The notes under the pieces were generated by a model. The model did no database searches, was not told the origin of the DNA, and worked only from the letters and a program-made list of their open reading frames with translations. A DNA stretch of 64,000 nt from Paracoccaceae bacterium (GTDB lineage: Bacteria; Pseudomonadota; Alphaproteobacteria; Rhodobacterales; Rhodobacteraceae). The translations under genes and the position numbers were made by a program. Positions 9,487-19,030 of this stretch are shown one piece after another (positions within the stretch are counted from its first letter, which is position 1; each line of letters begins with the position of its first letter). Location: assembly GCA_030148005.1 (NCBI GenBank), contig JASBUI010000011.1, positions 1,557 through 65,556 on the forward strand, read 5' to 3'.

Positions 9487-10158
9487 GTGGATAAGATTTC
9501 CGTCGCATTTGTCGACGATCATCCCGTATTGCTGACGGGTTTAGAGGCACTGTTTAAAGCTGAAGATAAATTTGACGTTAAGGCTGTTGGTTGCTGTGCA
9601 GACGATGCACTTGAAATTGCAAAGACACATGAGCCGAACGTCATAATCGTCGACCTGAACATGCCGGGAAGAGTGCTTGAGGCGATCTCTCGCATCTCGG
9701 CGCGGCATAGGGCGACGCGGGTTTTGGCCTTTACGGCTTCGACAAGTGTCGAGAACGCAATCGCGGCCTTGGAGGCCGGGTGCCGGGGCTATGTGCTAAA
9801 GGGAAGTTCGCAGGACGATCTTTCCGAAGCGATTACCAAGGTTCATTCGAACGACACCTACATAACACCGGGATTTTCAAACAAGGTCATCGACGGTCTG
9901 CGCACGGCGGCTCTGAGGCGGGCAACTGCACAGTCCTGCCGGCTTAGCACCCGCGAAGAGCAGGTCGTGGCGCTATTGCTGCGCGGTAAGACCAACAAGG
10001 AAATCGCCGACAAACTTTCGATTAGCGACAAGACGGTCAAACACTACATGACAGTTTTGATGCAGAAAATGAACGTCCGAAACCGGATCGAGGTTGTCCT
10101 TGCGGCGCAGGAAATGGGGATCGGTCGGCCTGGGGGTCTGCAGTCAGCGCGCATGTAA
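9487..10158 (+). CDS. NarL/FixJ-family response regulator (REC + LuxR-type HTH)
   Basis: The ORF-track start is 9439, but GGAGGGG at 9476-9482 sits 4 nt before the GTG at 9487 (VDKISVAFVDDHPVLL...). The REC domain has DD...D (VIIVDLNMPG) and the C-terminal GerE HTH reads LSTREEQVVALLLRGKTNKEIADKLSISDKTVKHY. Confidence 0.85.
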   Translation: MDKISVAFVDDHPVLLTGLEALFKAEDKFDVKAVGCCADDALEIAKTHEPNVIIVDLNMPGRVLEAISRISARHRATRVLAFTASTSVENAIAALEAGCRGYVLKGSSQDDLSEAITKVHSNDTYITPGFSNKVIDGLRTAALRRATAQSCRLSTREEQVVALLLRGKTNKEIADKLSISDKTVKHYMTVLMQKMNVRNRIEVVLAAQEMGIGRPGGLQSARM

Positions 10159-10188
10159 AGCCAGGGGCAATTCTGGTATGTGTGCGGT

Positions 10189-11583
10189 TCAGGTCCTTGG
10201 GATTTCGCTGGAAGGTGCAAGTCTAACACGCGCAATCAGGTCGGTTCCGCCGGCCTGATTTTTTGTCGTCGTCATGGTGCCGCCAAAAACCTCAAGCCGA
10301 AAGCGAAGCCCTTTGAGGCCGAGCCGGGGACGCTCTACCGGGTCTTCTGTCGGTGCGCTGCCTTTTTGCGGTCCGGCATCGCTTACGGTGACTTCGATGA
10401 CGCCCTCTGCAAGACGCATGGTCACCTTTTGACCATTGCCGCTCGCGTGCCGGAAGGCGTTGGTCAGCCCTTCCTGTACGAACCTGTAAAGACAGATCTT
10501 AAGCTCATAGCCCACTGCTTGCGGCAGAGCGGCCAGCGACATCTCGACCTGGGTTGCGGTCAGGTCCATATGGCGGCGGATGGCCAGTTCCAAAGCTTCG
10601 TTCAATGTCAGCTCATGGATTTCAGGCAGGATCAGACCCGTTGAAATCGCGCGCAGATCCTTGAGGACCCGTTTGGTGATCTCAGCCTGAGAATACCCCG
10701 CTGGCCCCGATTTTTCCGGGTCGCCTTTGTCGTTCATCAATGACATCAGGCTTAGCATCTGGATCGGGCCGTCATGAAGCTCTGCCCCGACTTCGTTAAG
10801 GACCTGTTCGTTCGAGCGGTTTGCCTGAAGCCGGGCCCGGATCGCGGCATCGCGCAGATCGCGGTTCTGGGCGGCGGTCTTTTGGGCGGCAAGCAGGTGC
10901 TGGTACAGCTGACCACTTTGCACCGCGACGCGCGTCAAAAGCCCGATCAGGCCGATCGTGGACAAACCGATTGCAAACCAGATCCAGCGCTCGACGGTCA
11001 CCATGTTCTGGATGATCTCGGTCGCATCCAGATAAACCTCGCCAACTGCTACGATCTTGCTGTTGGTTGGATCGTAGATCGGCGCATAAACCTCAAGAAT
11101 GGGAAGAGATGCGTTCTCGTGCTGAGTGTTAATGTCGGAGGTGATCAGAACCCAAGCGATTTCACCTGACAACGCGGTGGTCATTTCGGGTGAATTCATT
11201 TCGGAATGAAAGGGGGTGTCAGAGGTGCTGAAAACCAGCTGGCCGTCGATGTCCCAGACAGCCAAAAGATCAAACAGCCCCACAGTTGGAATTCTGGCTG
11301 CGGCGCGAATGATCTCTTGTCGGCTTTCTTCGGAAAGGGTTTGTTTGTCTTTCAGGTGCTGTGCGTGGGGCCCCAGAAACCCCTCGACATAGATCGACCC
11401 GGCGGTTGCAGCGGTTCGAAGTTCCTGCGCGCGGTGCTGCTTTATTATGAAAAAGCCCAAGAGCCCCATGATCAGGACGACGCCTGAAATGGACATGACC
11501 AAAAGCGCCAATTGGCGCGGAATTCGTCGGAACAAATTTTTGGATTGCTTCGCCGCGGGCGGCTCTGTTTCGGAAGAGGTCAA
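10189..11583 (-). CDS. Sensor histidine kinase, NarX/HisKA_3 type, with a ~150-aa periplasmic domain
   Basis: Two TM segments (LALLVMSISGVVLIMGLLGFFII; IWFAIGLSTIGLIGLLT) flank a periplasmic domain. It has the H-box ELHDGPIQMLS and an HATPase_c with LTNAFRHA ... GLKGLRFRLEVFGG. It is convergent with the regulator, with 30 bp between the stops. Confidence 0.85.
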   Translation of the reverse strand: MTSSETEPPAAKQSKNLFRRIPRQLALLVMSISGVVLIMGLLGFFIIKQHRAQELRTAATAGSIYVEGFLGPHAQHLKDKQTLSEESRQEIIRAAARIPTVGLFDLLAVWDIDGQLVFSTSDTPFHSEMNSPEMTTALSGEIAWVLITSDINTQHENASLPILEVYAPIYDPTNSKIVAVGEVYLDATEIIQNMVTVERWIWFAIGLSTIGLIGLLTRVAVQSGQLYQHLLAAQKTAAQNRDLRDAAIRARLQANRSNEQVLNEVGAELHDGPIQMLSLMSLMNDKGDPEKSGPAGYSQAEITKRVLKDLRAISTGLILPEIHELTLNEALELAIRRHMDLTATQVEMSLAALPQAVGYELKICLYRFVQEGLTNAFRHASGNGQKVTMRLAEGVIEVTVSDAGPQKGSAPTEDPVERPRLGLKGLRFRLEVFGGTMTTTKNQAGGTDLIARVRLAPSSEIPRT

Positions 11584-11713
11584 TTAAATGCCCTTAGTCA
11601 AGGCCGCGTCAATTCTATTGCACGATCCTAGACTGCGCTCGGCGCTTCGATCAAGTTTTCAATCTGTATTTCAAGGATTTCCCGTGGTCGTCCAATGGGC
11701 GGGGCCGGGGGCA

Positions 11714-11750
11714 AGAAAAAGCCCCGCACGGGCATATTGCCGTGCGGGGC
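11714..11750 (-). terminator. Intrinsic terminator (minus strand) downstream of the binding-protein gene
   Basis: The minus strand reads agccccgcacggcaatatgcccgtgcggggcttttt, a 10-bp stem plus a T-run. A second GC hairpin (gcacgccc/gggcgtgc) lies at 11767-11786. Confidence 0.7.
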
Positions 11751-11795
11751 TGTATGATGTTTTGCGGCACGCCCGTCAGGGGCGTGCGGGGGGCA

Positions 11796-12767
11796 TCACT
11801 TTTTGGCCGGGATCGGCTTTAGCTTAAGTTCAGCGGCCGATGCGCCGACAAAGCCGTACTTGGCGTAGATCCCTTGGGCCTCGTCCGTGCCCAGATAAGC
11901 AAGAAAGCGCATGGCGTTGTAGGGGTTGCGCCCGGTGCTAAGTGCACCCATCGCATAGCTGACCTTGTCGATCTTGTTCAGCGGCGCCGGGATTTCGACA
12001 CCTTCAACACCGCGGCCCGTGGCCTTGGCGTGCACAACTTCGGTCGTCCAGACGATACCGACATCCGCTGTGCCATCTTCGATGCGCTGCGGCGTTTCGC
12101 GGTGGTGGCGGCTGGTGAACCAAGTCTTGCCTTCAACAGCCCAACAGCTTTTGCATTCCGCGCCGGCGGTGACCTTGTCGAAAAGCCCCATGTCCTTCAG
12201 CATTTCCGAGCCATAGAACTTGAAGATGCCTTCGGTCAGCGGGTTGGGGTGTGATTGAACCAGATCGTCACGGCCAAGATCCTCGGGGCCCTTGATGCCC
12301 TTGGGGTTGCCGGCAGCTACCATCAGTTCAAGCTTGTTGTGCGTGTAGACCAGATAGTCGGACATGATCGAAGCGGCCTTGAGGTTCTTGAGGTGCCCAA
12401 GGTTCACACTTGCATAAAGATCGGGGTTCTGCGCGGTGTTCTCACCGTTGATCTGGCCTTGTTTAAGGATCTGGCCCTTCAGAATCTGGCCCGGCGGAAT
12501 GGTTTCAACGTAGATTGTGCCAATGTCGGAGTTCTTTGACTGGAAATCCTTGATCAGCTCTTCCATGACCATGAACTGGTTGCCGGCAAGGTACATAACC
12601 AGATCACTGGTATAGCTGTCCCCGATCTGACCGTATTTGACTTCGCCCGAAGCCATGAAGGTCCGATAATCGGCGTTGTGGTCTTCGTCATGCTCGGCTG
12701 CGTTGATCGATGTTGCGATCGCCATAGCAGAGATGGACAGGCCAGCGGCCCTGAAAAATGCGTTCAT
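11796..12767 (-). CDS. Periplasmic solute-binding protein (ModA/sulfate-like PBP fold) with no adjacent permease or ATPase
   Basis: The start is taken at MNAFFRAAGLSISAMAIATSINA (a signal peptide) because GGGAGG lies 6 nt upstream; the ORF-track start 12845 is probably an over-extension. The type-II PBP-like sequence includes IYVETIPPG, HPNPLTEGI and DVGIVWTTEV. Confidence 0.6.
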   Translation of the reverse strand: MNAFFRAAGLSISAMAIATSINAAEHDEDHNADYRTFMASGEVKYGQIGDSYTSDLVMYLAGNQFMVMEELIKDFQSKNSDIGTIYVETIPPGQILKGQILKQGQINGENTAQNPDLYASVNLGHLKNLKAASIMSDYLVYTHNKLELMVAAGNPKGIKGPEDLGRDDLVQSHPNPLTEGIFKFYGSEMLKDMGLFDKVTAGAECKSCWAVEGKTWFTSRHHRETPQRIEDGTADVGIVWTTEVVHAKATGRGVEGVEIPAPLNKIDKVSYAMGALSTGRNPYNAMRFLAYLGTDEAQGIYAKYGFVGASAAELKLKPIPAKK

Positions 12768-12889
12768 TGTATTCCTCCCATCATGGCTTTTGCCATGTCT
12801 TTTAGTGTGCTGCAGGTTTGCAGCATCACCCTGAAAGCGTTTCACAAGGGGGGAGGATCGGTAACTCGGAATCCTACCGGGAATTCGAT

Positions 12890-14185
12890 CTAAGTACCTA
12901 GGGATAACCCTTGGTCGTACCCGAATCGTGTTGCCAGCTGTACCAGTTGCGCCGAGGTCGCCGCCTCGGTTTTGTGCAACAGGTTCGAGCGGTGAAACTC
13001 TACGGTTTTGGGGCTGATGCCCAGTTTGCTGGCGATTGTCTTGGACTGCTCGCCGGTGCAGATCAGGCTTAGTATCTCACGCTCACGTTTTGTCAGCGTG
13101 TCAAAGCGGCTTTTGATTTCGACGGTGGCTTTATCTTCGGGATCATCGTCTGGATCGGCATCTGACAAGCGGCGGCTGCGCCGGCGGGACAGGGCCCAAA
13201 GCGCCATTGCGGCGGTGGCAAGCAGGGCCACAATCGACAGGCGGGTTGTCCATGTTGCCGAGGCTGAAACGCTGGCCGGGACATCGCGCAGGTGGTATCT
13301 GGCGGTCAGGGTCCGCACGGATTCATACGAAAGCGGCGCCGACCAAAGATCGCGCAGCGCTGCGGTTTCGGCGCTGGGGGTTTGCGTGCTTAGCAAGGCC
13401 AGCGTGACCTTTTCGCGCAGCGTCTTTTCGATCCCCGGCAGCGCGGTGAACGGCCACTCAGGATAAAGCGCGCCGCTTACATGGTGGGGATAGCCCAACT
13501 GGTCGTTGTCTTGCAGCACGGTGATGTCCTGAAGGTCGATCCGTCCCTCGGCGGCCAGACTTTCCAACAGCCCGCTGCGCACGATCCCTGCATCGACACG
13601 GCCGGACAAAACGGTATCGACGATCGCGTCCTGCGGAAAGCCCATGAAGCGCAAGGAACCGATGTCTTTGAACGGGTCAATCTGCTGTTTGTCGAATTCC
13701 AGCCATGACAGTTGAAAGCCGCCAAAGGCCTCGGGGCTGACGGCGGCAAGCCGTTTTCCCTTAAGATCGTTCAAAGTCCTGATCCCGCTGTCAGAGCGCA
13801 CGAATATCGCGGTTCCAAAACGCAGCAGGCCCTGGGCCTGCGGCGGTGTCCGACGCTCACGCGTGGCCAGAACGCTAAGGCCGAACTTTTCGGACAGCGA
13901 TACGTAGTGACCGGGGTTGGTGATCAGAAACTCAAGCTCTTTTGCGCGGATCTTTTCGCTGGCACTTACCAGCGTAACGGGCACAAATTCAAACCGCCAA
14001 CCGTCGACGGATTTGTCGAGATATGTCGCCAATGACGACCATTGATCGGTTGCGGCATCCGCGCCGCGAAAGGCCAGAACGCCGATATGGGCCGTTTTGA
14101 AGTGGCTATCTGCGCGCGCAGGCGACGCAAGGCCAGTGGCCAAGATAAGGCAAGATAATAGAATGAACCCAAGCCGCTGGATCAA
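12890..14185 (-). CDS. Membrane-anchored one-component regulator: signal peptide + PhnD-like periplasmic binding domain + TM + cytoplasmic LuxR/GerE HTH
   Basis: It uses a TTG start preceded by AGGGGG. The signal peptide is IQRLGFILLSCLILATGLASPARA. The PhnD/phosphonate-bd-like domain includes IGVLAFRG...WSSLATYL, LNDLKGKRLAAVSPEAFGGF and VDAGIVRSG. The TM segment LSIVALLATAAMALWAL is followed by RRRSRR. The C-terminal HTH reads LTKREREILSLICTGEQSKTIASKLGISPKTVEFHRSNLLHK. Confidence 0.75.
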   Translation of the reverse strand: MIQRLGFILLSCLILATGLASPARADSHFKTAHIGVLAFRGADAATDQWSSLATYLDKSVDGWRFEFVPVTLVSASEKIRAKELEFLITNPGHYVSLSEKFGLSVLATRERRTPPQAQGLLRFGTAIFVRSDSGIRTLNDLKGKRLAAVSPEAFGGFQLSWLEFDKQQIDPFKDIGSLRFMGFPQDAIVDTVLSGRVDAGIVRSGLLESLAAEGRIDLQDITVLQDNDQLGYPHHVSGALYPEWPFTALPGIEKTLREKVTLALLSTQTPSAETAALRDLWSAPLSYESVRTLTARYHLRDVPASVSASATWTTRLSIVALLATAAMALWALSRRRSRRLSDADPDDDPEDKATVEIKSRFDTLTKREREILSLICTGEQSKTIASKLGISPKTVEFHRSNLLHKTEAATSAQLVQLATRFGYDQGLSLGT

Positions 14186-14280
14186 GAAAAGCCCCCTGTT
14201 CGTTTCGTTCGCTCAGGCAGTCTAGCAGGAAGTTCCCAAGAAATCTTGTGGGCTGTTGCCCGCAGCTTTGGCAGCGGTGC

Positions 14281-15810
14281 TTACCCGGCCTTTCCGGCAC
14301 TGGTGAAAAGGTCACCGTATTGGTCGCGCAGCAAGTTCTTCTGAACCTTGCCCATGGTGTTGCGCGGAAGCTCGTCAGTGAAAATAAGTTTGCGCGGTTG
14401 TTTAAAGCGGGCGATGGCCTGATTGGTGGCGCTTAGCAAAGCATCCGCGCTTGGCTGGTCTTTGCCCTCAGGCACGATGACCGCAACGACGGTTTCGCCG
14501 AAATCGGGGTGCGGCACGCCGATGACGGCGCTTTCTTTCACACCCGGCTGATCGTCCAGCACAAGTTCAATTTCCTTGGGGTAGATGTTGTAGCCGCCCG
14601 AGATGATCAGATCCTTGGCGCGCCCGACAATGTGGACGTAGCCATCGCCATCGATTTTTGCCAGATCGCCGGTGATGAAAAAGCCATCAGCGCGAAGCTC
14701 ATCGGCGGTTTTCTCGGGCATCTGCCAATAGCCTTTGAACACGTTCGGGCCGCGCACTTCGATCACGCCGATCTCGCCATCGGGAAGCGTGGCGCCAGTG
14801 GCCGGATCGGTGATCTTAAGCTCAACGCCGGGAAGCGGAAAACCGACCGTGCCGGCACGCCGCTCGCCCTGATAGGGGTTTGAGGTGTTCATGTTGGTTT
14901 CGGTCATGCCATAGCGCTCAAGAATGCGCTGGCCCGTGCGCTTGTGAAACGCGACATGGGTTTCGGTCAGCATCGGCGCGCTGCCAGAGACGAAGAGGCG
15001 CATGTTGCCGGTTAGTTCGGCGGTAAACCGTGGATCATCCAGAAGGCGGGTGTAAAAGGTCGGCACCCCCATCATCGCTGTGGATCGCGGCATGTTTGCG
15101 ATCATGGCGTCAAGGTCAAAGCCGGGCAGAAACACCATAGAGCCGCCAGCGATCAGCGTGATGTTCGTGGCAACAAACAGACCGTGCGTGTGAAAGATCG
15201 GCAGGGCATGCAACAGGACATCGCGGTCCGTGAACTGCCACAGATCGCAGAGTGTCTTGGCGTTGGACAGAAGGTTGTTCTGCGTCAGCATCGCGCCTTT
15301 TGAGCGGCCAGTGGTCCCGGACGTGTATAGAAAAGCGGCCAGGTCATCGCCTTGACGCGGGCAGGTCTGGAATGATTGGGGGAAGCTTGCGGCCTGCCGC
15401 ATCAGGCTTCCGTCTGCATCGCTGCCAAGCGTTTCAAGCATGGCGCCCGCGCCTTTGGCGACCGGTTCCAGTTCGGCGGTGCGATCTGGCTGGCAGACAA
15501 AAAGCCGTGCGCCACTGTCTTGGACGAAATAGGCCACTTCGGTGGCTGTGTAGGCGGTGTTGAGAGGCAGGAAGATCAGCCCTGCCTGGACCGAGGCGGC
15601 GTAAAGCGCCAGAGCCTCGGGCGACTTTGCGATCTGGACCGCGATCCTGTCGCCCGGCTCCAACCCCCTTGAGGTCAAGAGATTTGCAAGCTGTGCGGCC
15701 AAGCGCAGAAACGCTCCGTGAGTGGTGGTGCGGCCATCAGCGTGATGCAGAAATGGTGTCTCTTGTCCGAAATGACGGCCAAAAAGGGTGTCATAGAGGG
15801 GGTTGGACAT
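14281..15810 (-). CDS. matB: Malonyl-CoA synthetase (malonate--CoA ligase), AMP-dependent synthetase family
   Basis: The N-terminus MSNPLYDTLFGRH is typical. The AMP-binding motifs are LYTSGTTGRSKGAMLT, TGD and GKVQKN. The gene lies next to the malonyl-CoA decarboxylase and a TRAP transporter. Confidence 0.85.
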   Translation of the reverse strand: MSNPLYDTLFGRHFGQETPFLHHADGRTTTHGAFLRLAAQLANLLTSRGLEPGDRIAVQIAKSPEALALYAASVQAGLIFLPLNTAYTATEVAYFVQDSGARLFVCQPDRTAELEPVAKGAGAMLETLGSDADGSLMRQAASFPQSFQTCPRQGDDLAAFLYTSGTTGRSKGAMLTQNNLLSNAKTLCDLWQFTDRDVLLHALPIFHTHGLFVATNITLIAGGSMVFLPGFDLDAMIANMPRSTAMMGVPTFYTRLLDDPRFTAELTGNMRLFVSGSAPMLTETHVAFHKRTGQRILERYGMTETNMNTSNPYQGERRAGTVGFPLPGVELKITDPATGATLPDGEIGVIEVRGPNVFKGYWQMPEKTADELRADGFFITGDLAKIDGDGYVHIVGRAKDLIISGGYNIYPKEIELVLDDQPGVKESAVIGVPHPDFGETVVAVIVPEGKDQPSADALLSATNQAIARFKQPRKLIFTDELPRNTMGKVQKNLLRDQYGDLFTSAGKAG

Positions 15811-15813
15811 AGT

Positions 15814-17067
15814 TTAACTTCCTTGCTCGACCACCGTGATCCCGGTCTTTGCCAAGGTCTTTGTGCGGGCCGAGGCAGCCACCAGATGTTCCGATGCAAA
15901 CAGATCGTGGTTTCGTGTAATTTCGGTCAGGTCATAAAGGTAATTTACCAAGGCGCCATGCGATTGCGACAGCCCATTGGCGGACAGATCGCCGCGCGGG
16001 TGAATAGCGTGGACCTGAGCGCCGTTACCAAGATGGAAGCGTGCAACAGGATCGCGAGGAAGGCCGCCGGGCCCCTTGGCGTTCAAAAGATAGTGGGCCG
16101 CAATGGCGGCAAGCCGGGCGTCATCGCCGGGTGGTTCTATCGACTGTTCCTTCATCCACGCGGCCAGCCCCGGAATGGGTGACAGGGTTGAAAAGGTTTT
16201 CAGGTTCGGCAGATCACGCGACAGATCTTCGACCACCTGCTTGATCAGCGAGTTGCCAAAAGACACCCCGGCAAGTCCGGCCTGACAGTTCGAGATCGAA
16301 TAGAAGATCGCCGTATCGGCGCTTTCGGCGTCCAGCACTTCGCGCTCATCGGCCAGAACATCCTGAATGGATGAAGCGATCCCCGAGGTCAGGGCGACCT
16401 CGACGAAAATCAGCGGCTCATCCGGCATAGAGGGGTGAAAGAACGCGAAACAGCGCCGGTCAGCGGGGCGAAGACGCCCGCGCAGGTCGTTCCAGCTGTC
16501 AATCTGGTGGACTGCCTCATAGGCGATGATCTTTTCCAGCACCTGCGCAGGGCTTTGCCAGTTGATCGGGCGCAGAACAAGAAAGCCGCGGTTGAACCAC
16601 GAGGCAAACAAGTGGCGAAAGTCCAGATCAAGCGCGGCAAGGGCGCCATTCTTGCGCGCCAAGGGCAAAAGATCGGCGCGCATCTTCACAAGCTTTTCGG
16701 TGCCGCCCGGAACCTGATTGAGCCTGCGAATGAGTTCCTGACGCGGCGGTTCGGCCGCCGTCATATAGGCGCGATAGCTGGCCTTGGTCGGCTCTTTTTC
16801 ATAGTCGGCAAGGGCGCTGCGCACGCGGTCGGGGTCAATGTCCATGTCCTTGGCCAGATGCGCAAAGAAGGCTTGTTTCTGTTCAAGGTCCATCGCCTGA
16901 AAGCGGTCCAGCACAAGCTGCGCCAGAACCATGCCGCGCACTTCGCCGTGGCTTCCGATAAGGCTGTCCAATACTTCCTCTATCGGCCGACTATCGCCTT
17001 GCCCGCCCGGTATCCGGCGCAGGCGGCGTTCGAAAACGCTGGACAGAAGATCGGCGAGGATCGTCAC
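15814..17067 (-). CDS. matA: Malonyl-CoA decarboxylase
   Basis: The family-typical sequence includes SWFNRGFLVLRPINW, FFHPSMPDEPLIFVEVAL and FSTLSPIPG. The start is taken at the GTG at 17067, which forms a GTGA overlap with the dctM stop. The ORF-track TTG at 17100 is the alternative. Confidence 0.8.
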   Translation of the reverse strand: MTILADLLSSVFERRLRRIPGGQGDSRPIEEVLDSLIGSHGEVRGMVLAQLVLDRFQAMDLEQKQAFFAHLAKDMDIDPDRVRSALADYEKEPTKASYRAYMTAAEPPRQELIRRLNQVPGGTEKLVKMRADLLPLARKNGALAALDLDFRHLFASWFNRGFLVLRPINWQSPAQVLEKIIAYEAVHQIDSWNDLRGRLRPADRRCFAFFHPSMPDEPLIFVEVALTSGIASSIQDVLADEREVLDAESADTAIFYSISNCQAGLAGVSFGNSLIKQVVEDLSRDLPNLKTFSTLSPIPGLAAWMKEQSIEPPGDDARLAAIAAHYLLNAKGPGGLPRDPVARFHLGNGAQVHAIHPRGDLSANGLSQSHGALVNYLYDLTEITRNHDLFASEHLVAASARTKTLAKTGITVVEQGS

Positions 17068-18383
17068 AGGCCCGGACCCATAACTGCCGTCGGGAGCCAA
17101 GTTGCCAGCCCGGGGAAGATGCTGAGCAAGATGATCGCAAGAACCATGCAGCCGACAAAGGGCAGGGAGCCGGCCAGGATAGTCTTAAGCGGGATGTCAG
17201 GCGCGATGCCGTTGATCACGTAAAGGTTCAGCCCGACGGGCGGAGAGATCAGGCCGATTTCCATGTTGATCGTCAGGATGACGGCAAACCAGATCGGATC
17301 GAAACCGGCGGCGGTGATGATCGGCAAAAGAATGGGCGCGGCCATCAGGATGACGGCAACTGGCGGCAGAAAGAAACCGGCGACCAGCAGAAAGATGTTC
17401 ACGGCCAGCATCAGGACCCAGCGGTTCACATCCAGCGTGCCGATCCATTCGGCGATCGACTGGGTGATGAAGAGGCTGGACAGCATGTAGGAAAAGACGC
17501 CAGCCGCTGCGATGATGAACAGGATCATGACGCTTTCGCGGGTGCTGTCGCGCAGGACGATCCAAAGGGACTTTGGGCTCCAGAGTTTGTAGATCAGCAC
17601 GGCGATTACCAGCGTCAGAAGCGCGCCCACGGCTGCGGTTTCCGATGGCGTGGCGATGCCGCCGTACATCGTATAAAGAACGCCCAGAATGATCGCCAGA
17701 AAGGGCAGGACCCTTGGAAGGATTTCGAACTTTTCACGCCAGCTGTAGCTGCGCGCGCTTAGGACTTCGGCGTTACCGGACCGGTAGGTCGAGTAAAGCG
17801 ACCACGCCATGAAAAGCCCAACCAAAAGAAAGCCGGGAATGACGCCAGCCAGAAACAGCCGCCCGATAGAGGTTTCGGTTGCGATGCCATAGACGATCAT
17901 GGTGACCGATGGCGGGATCAGAATGCCCAATGTGCCGCCCGCCGCGATTGAACCTGCGGCAACGCCGTCGGGATAGCCGCGCTTGCGCATCTCGGGGATG
18001 CCCATCTTGCCGATGGCGGCGCAGGTTGCAGGGCTGGAGCCGGACATAGCCGCGAAAAGCGCGCAGGCGCCGAGGTTTGAGATGACAAGGCCGCCGGGCA
18101 CGCGTGTCAGCCAGCGCTCCAGCGCCTCATAAAGGTCCGCGCCAGCGCGGGTGGAGGCGATTGACGATCCCATGATGATGAACATCGGGATCGACAAAAG
18201 GGCAAAGTTGTCCAGCTTGCCGAAGAGTATCTCTGGCATAAGCTCCAGCGAGCGCAGGCCATCAAAGGCCATCAGAAAGCCCGCGGAAACCATCAAGAGG
18301 CCCAAGGCAACTGAGACGCCCGAGAAAAGGACGAGGATTGTGGAAAGAGCGACTAGCGCGCCCAGAAAAAGAGGGTCCATCAC
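17064..18383 (-). CDS. TRAP transporter large permease (DctM family)
   Basis: 439 aa and polytopic, with DctM-like motifs (GGLVISNLGACALFAAMSGSSPAT, PPSVTMIVYG). It overlaps dctQ by 4 nt. Confidence 0.9.
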   Translation of the reverse strand: MMDPLFLGALVALSTILVLFSGVSVALGLLMVSAGFLMAFDGLRSLELMPEILFGKLDNFALLSIPMFIIMGSSIASTRAGADLYEALERWLTRVPGGLVISNLGACALFAAMSGSSPATCAAIGKMGIPEMRKRGYPDGVAAGSIAAGGTLGILIPPSVTMIVYGIATETSIGRLFLAGVIPGFLLVGLFMAWSLYSTYRSGNAEVLSARSYSWREKFEILPRVLPFLAIILGVLYTMYGGIATPSETAAVGALLTLVIAVLIYKLWSPKSLWIVLRDSTRESVMILFIIAAAGVFSYMLSSLFITQSIAEWIGTLDVNRWVLMLAVNIFLLVAGFFLPPVAVILMAAPILLPIITAAGFDPIWFAVILTINMEIGLISPPVGLNLYVINGIAPDIPLKTILAGSLPFVGCMVLAIILLSIFPGLATWLPTAVMGPGL

Positions 18384-18928
18384 TTCGTCTCCAGACCGAA
18401 GGGCGTGTCGATTTTAAGCAGAACCGCGACGAGGTCGGCCAGAAGCTGAAGCAGCAAAAGGCCAAAACCCACCGGGATCGCAAGATAGGGGATCCAGAGG
18501 CGCACGCCCCAGACTGTGTCAGAGCGCCATCCGCGCGACCAGGCGACATGCCAGAACTCAAGCCCGTAGACGAGCATCAGCGCGACGATGGCGGAGGACA
18601 GCGACAATGTGACGACCGCAAGGGCAAAGCGCCCCCGCTGTGGAAGCCAGATCGGGATCAGGTCGACGTTCACATGCCCGCGCAGGCGCTGAACGTAAGG
18701 CAGGCCGATCAGGGTTGCTGCGACCATCAGATAGACCACTGCCTCTGTCTGCCAGATGGTAGAGCCGTTCAGGATGAAACGGATAAAGATCATCTGGCAG
18801 GTTATCGCAACGGCCAGCACGATCATTGCCGCCGAAGTCCAACCTGCAAATGTTGAAAGTGCCGCGACGCTTTTAAGAAACCTGTTGCCGCCGGTCTGTG
18901 CTACCGCTGCCGAGCCATGGGCTGCCAT
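18380..18928 (-). CDS. TRAP transporter small permease (DctQ family)
   Basis: 182 aa with 4 TM segments, positioned between the DctP and DctM genes. Confidence 0.85.
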   Translation of the reverse strand: MAAHGSAAVAQTGGNRFLKSVAALSTFAGWTSAAMIVLAVAITCQMIFIRFILNGSTIWQTEAVVYLMVAATLIGLPYVQRLRGHVNVDLIPIWLPQRGRFALAVVTLSLSSAIVALMLVYGLEFWHVAWSRGWRSDTVWGVRLWIPYLAIPVGFGLLLLQLLADLVAVLLKIDTPFGLETK

Positions 18929-19030
18929 CGTGTGATCCTCCGGACCTTTCGATTGGTTGTTCTTGGGGCCGCGGATGGGCCCTTTTCAGGGTTTTCGGGG
19001 CGACTTGGGGCGCCGCCCCGAAACTGAAGT

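Noticed and set aside
12768-12845. The extended 349-aa start for the binding protein. Similar upstream extensions occur for gltX (27237), nadE (30645), leuA (32376), SDR (24482, 33985), mrpA (50248), mrpC (53069), mrpE (54956) and DUF1028 (63463).
   Set aside because: In each case an internal Met or Val start is preceded by a good SD and yields the family-typical N-terminus (signal peptide, HIGH motif and so on). The upstream extension is basic or low-complexity and often overlaps the neighbouring gene.
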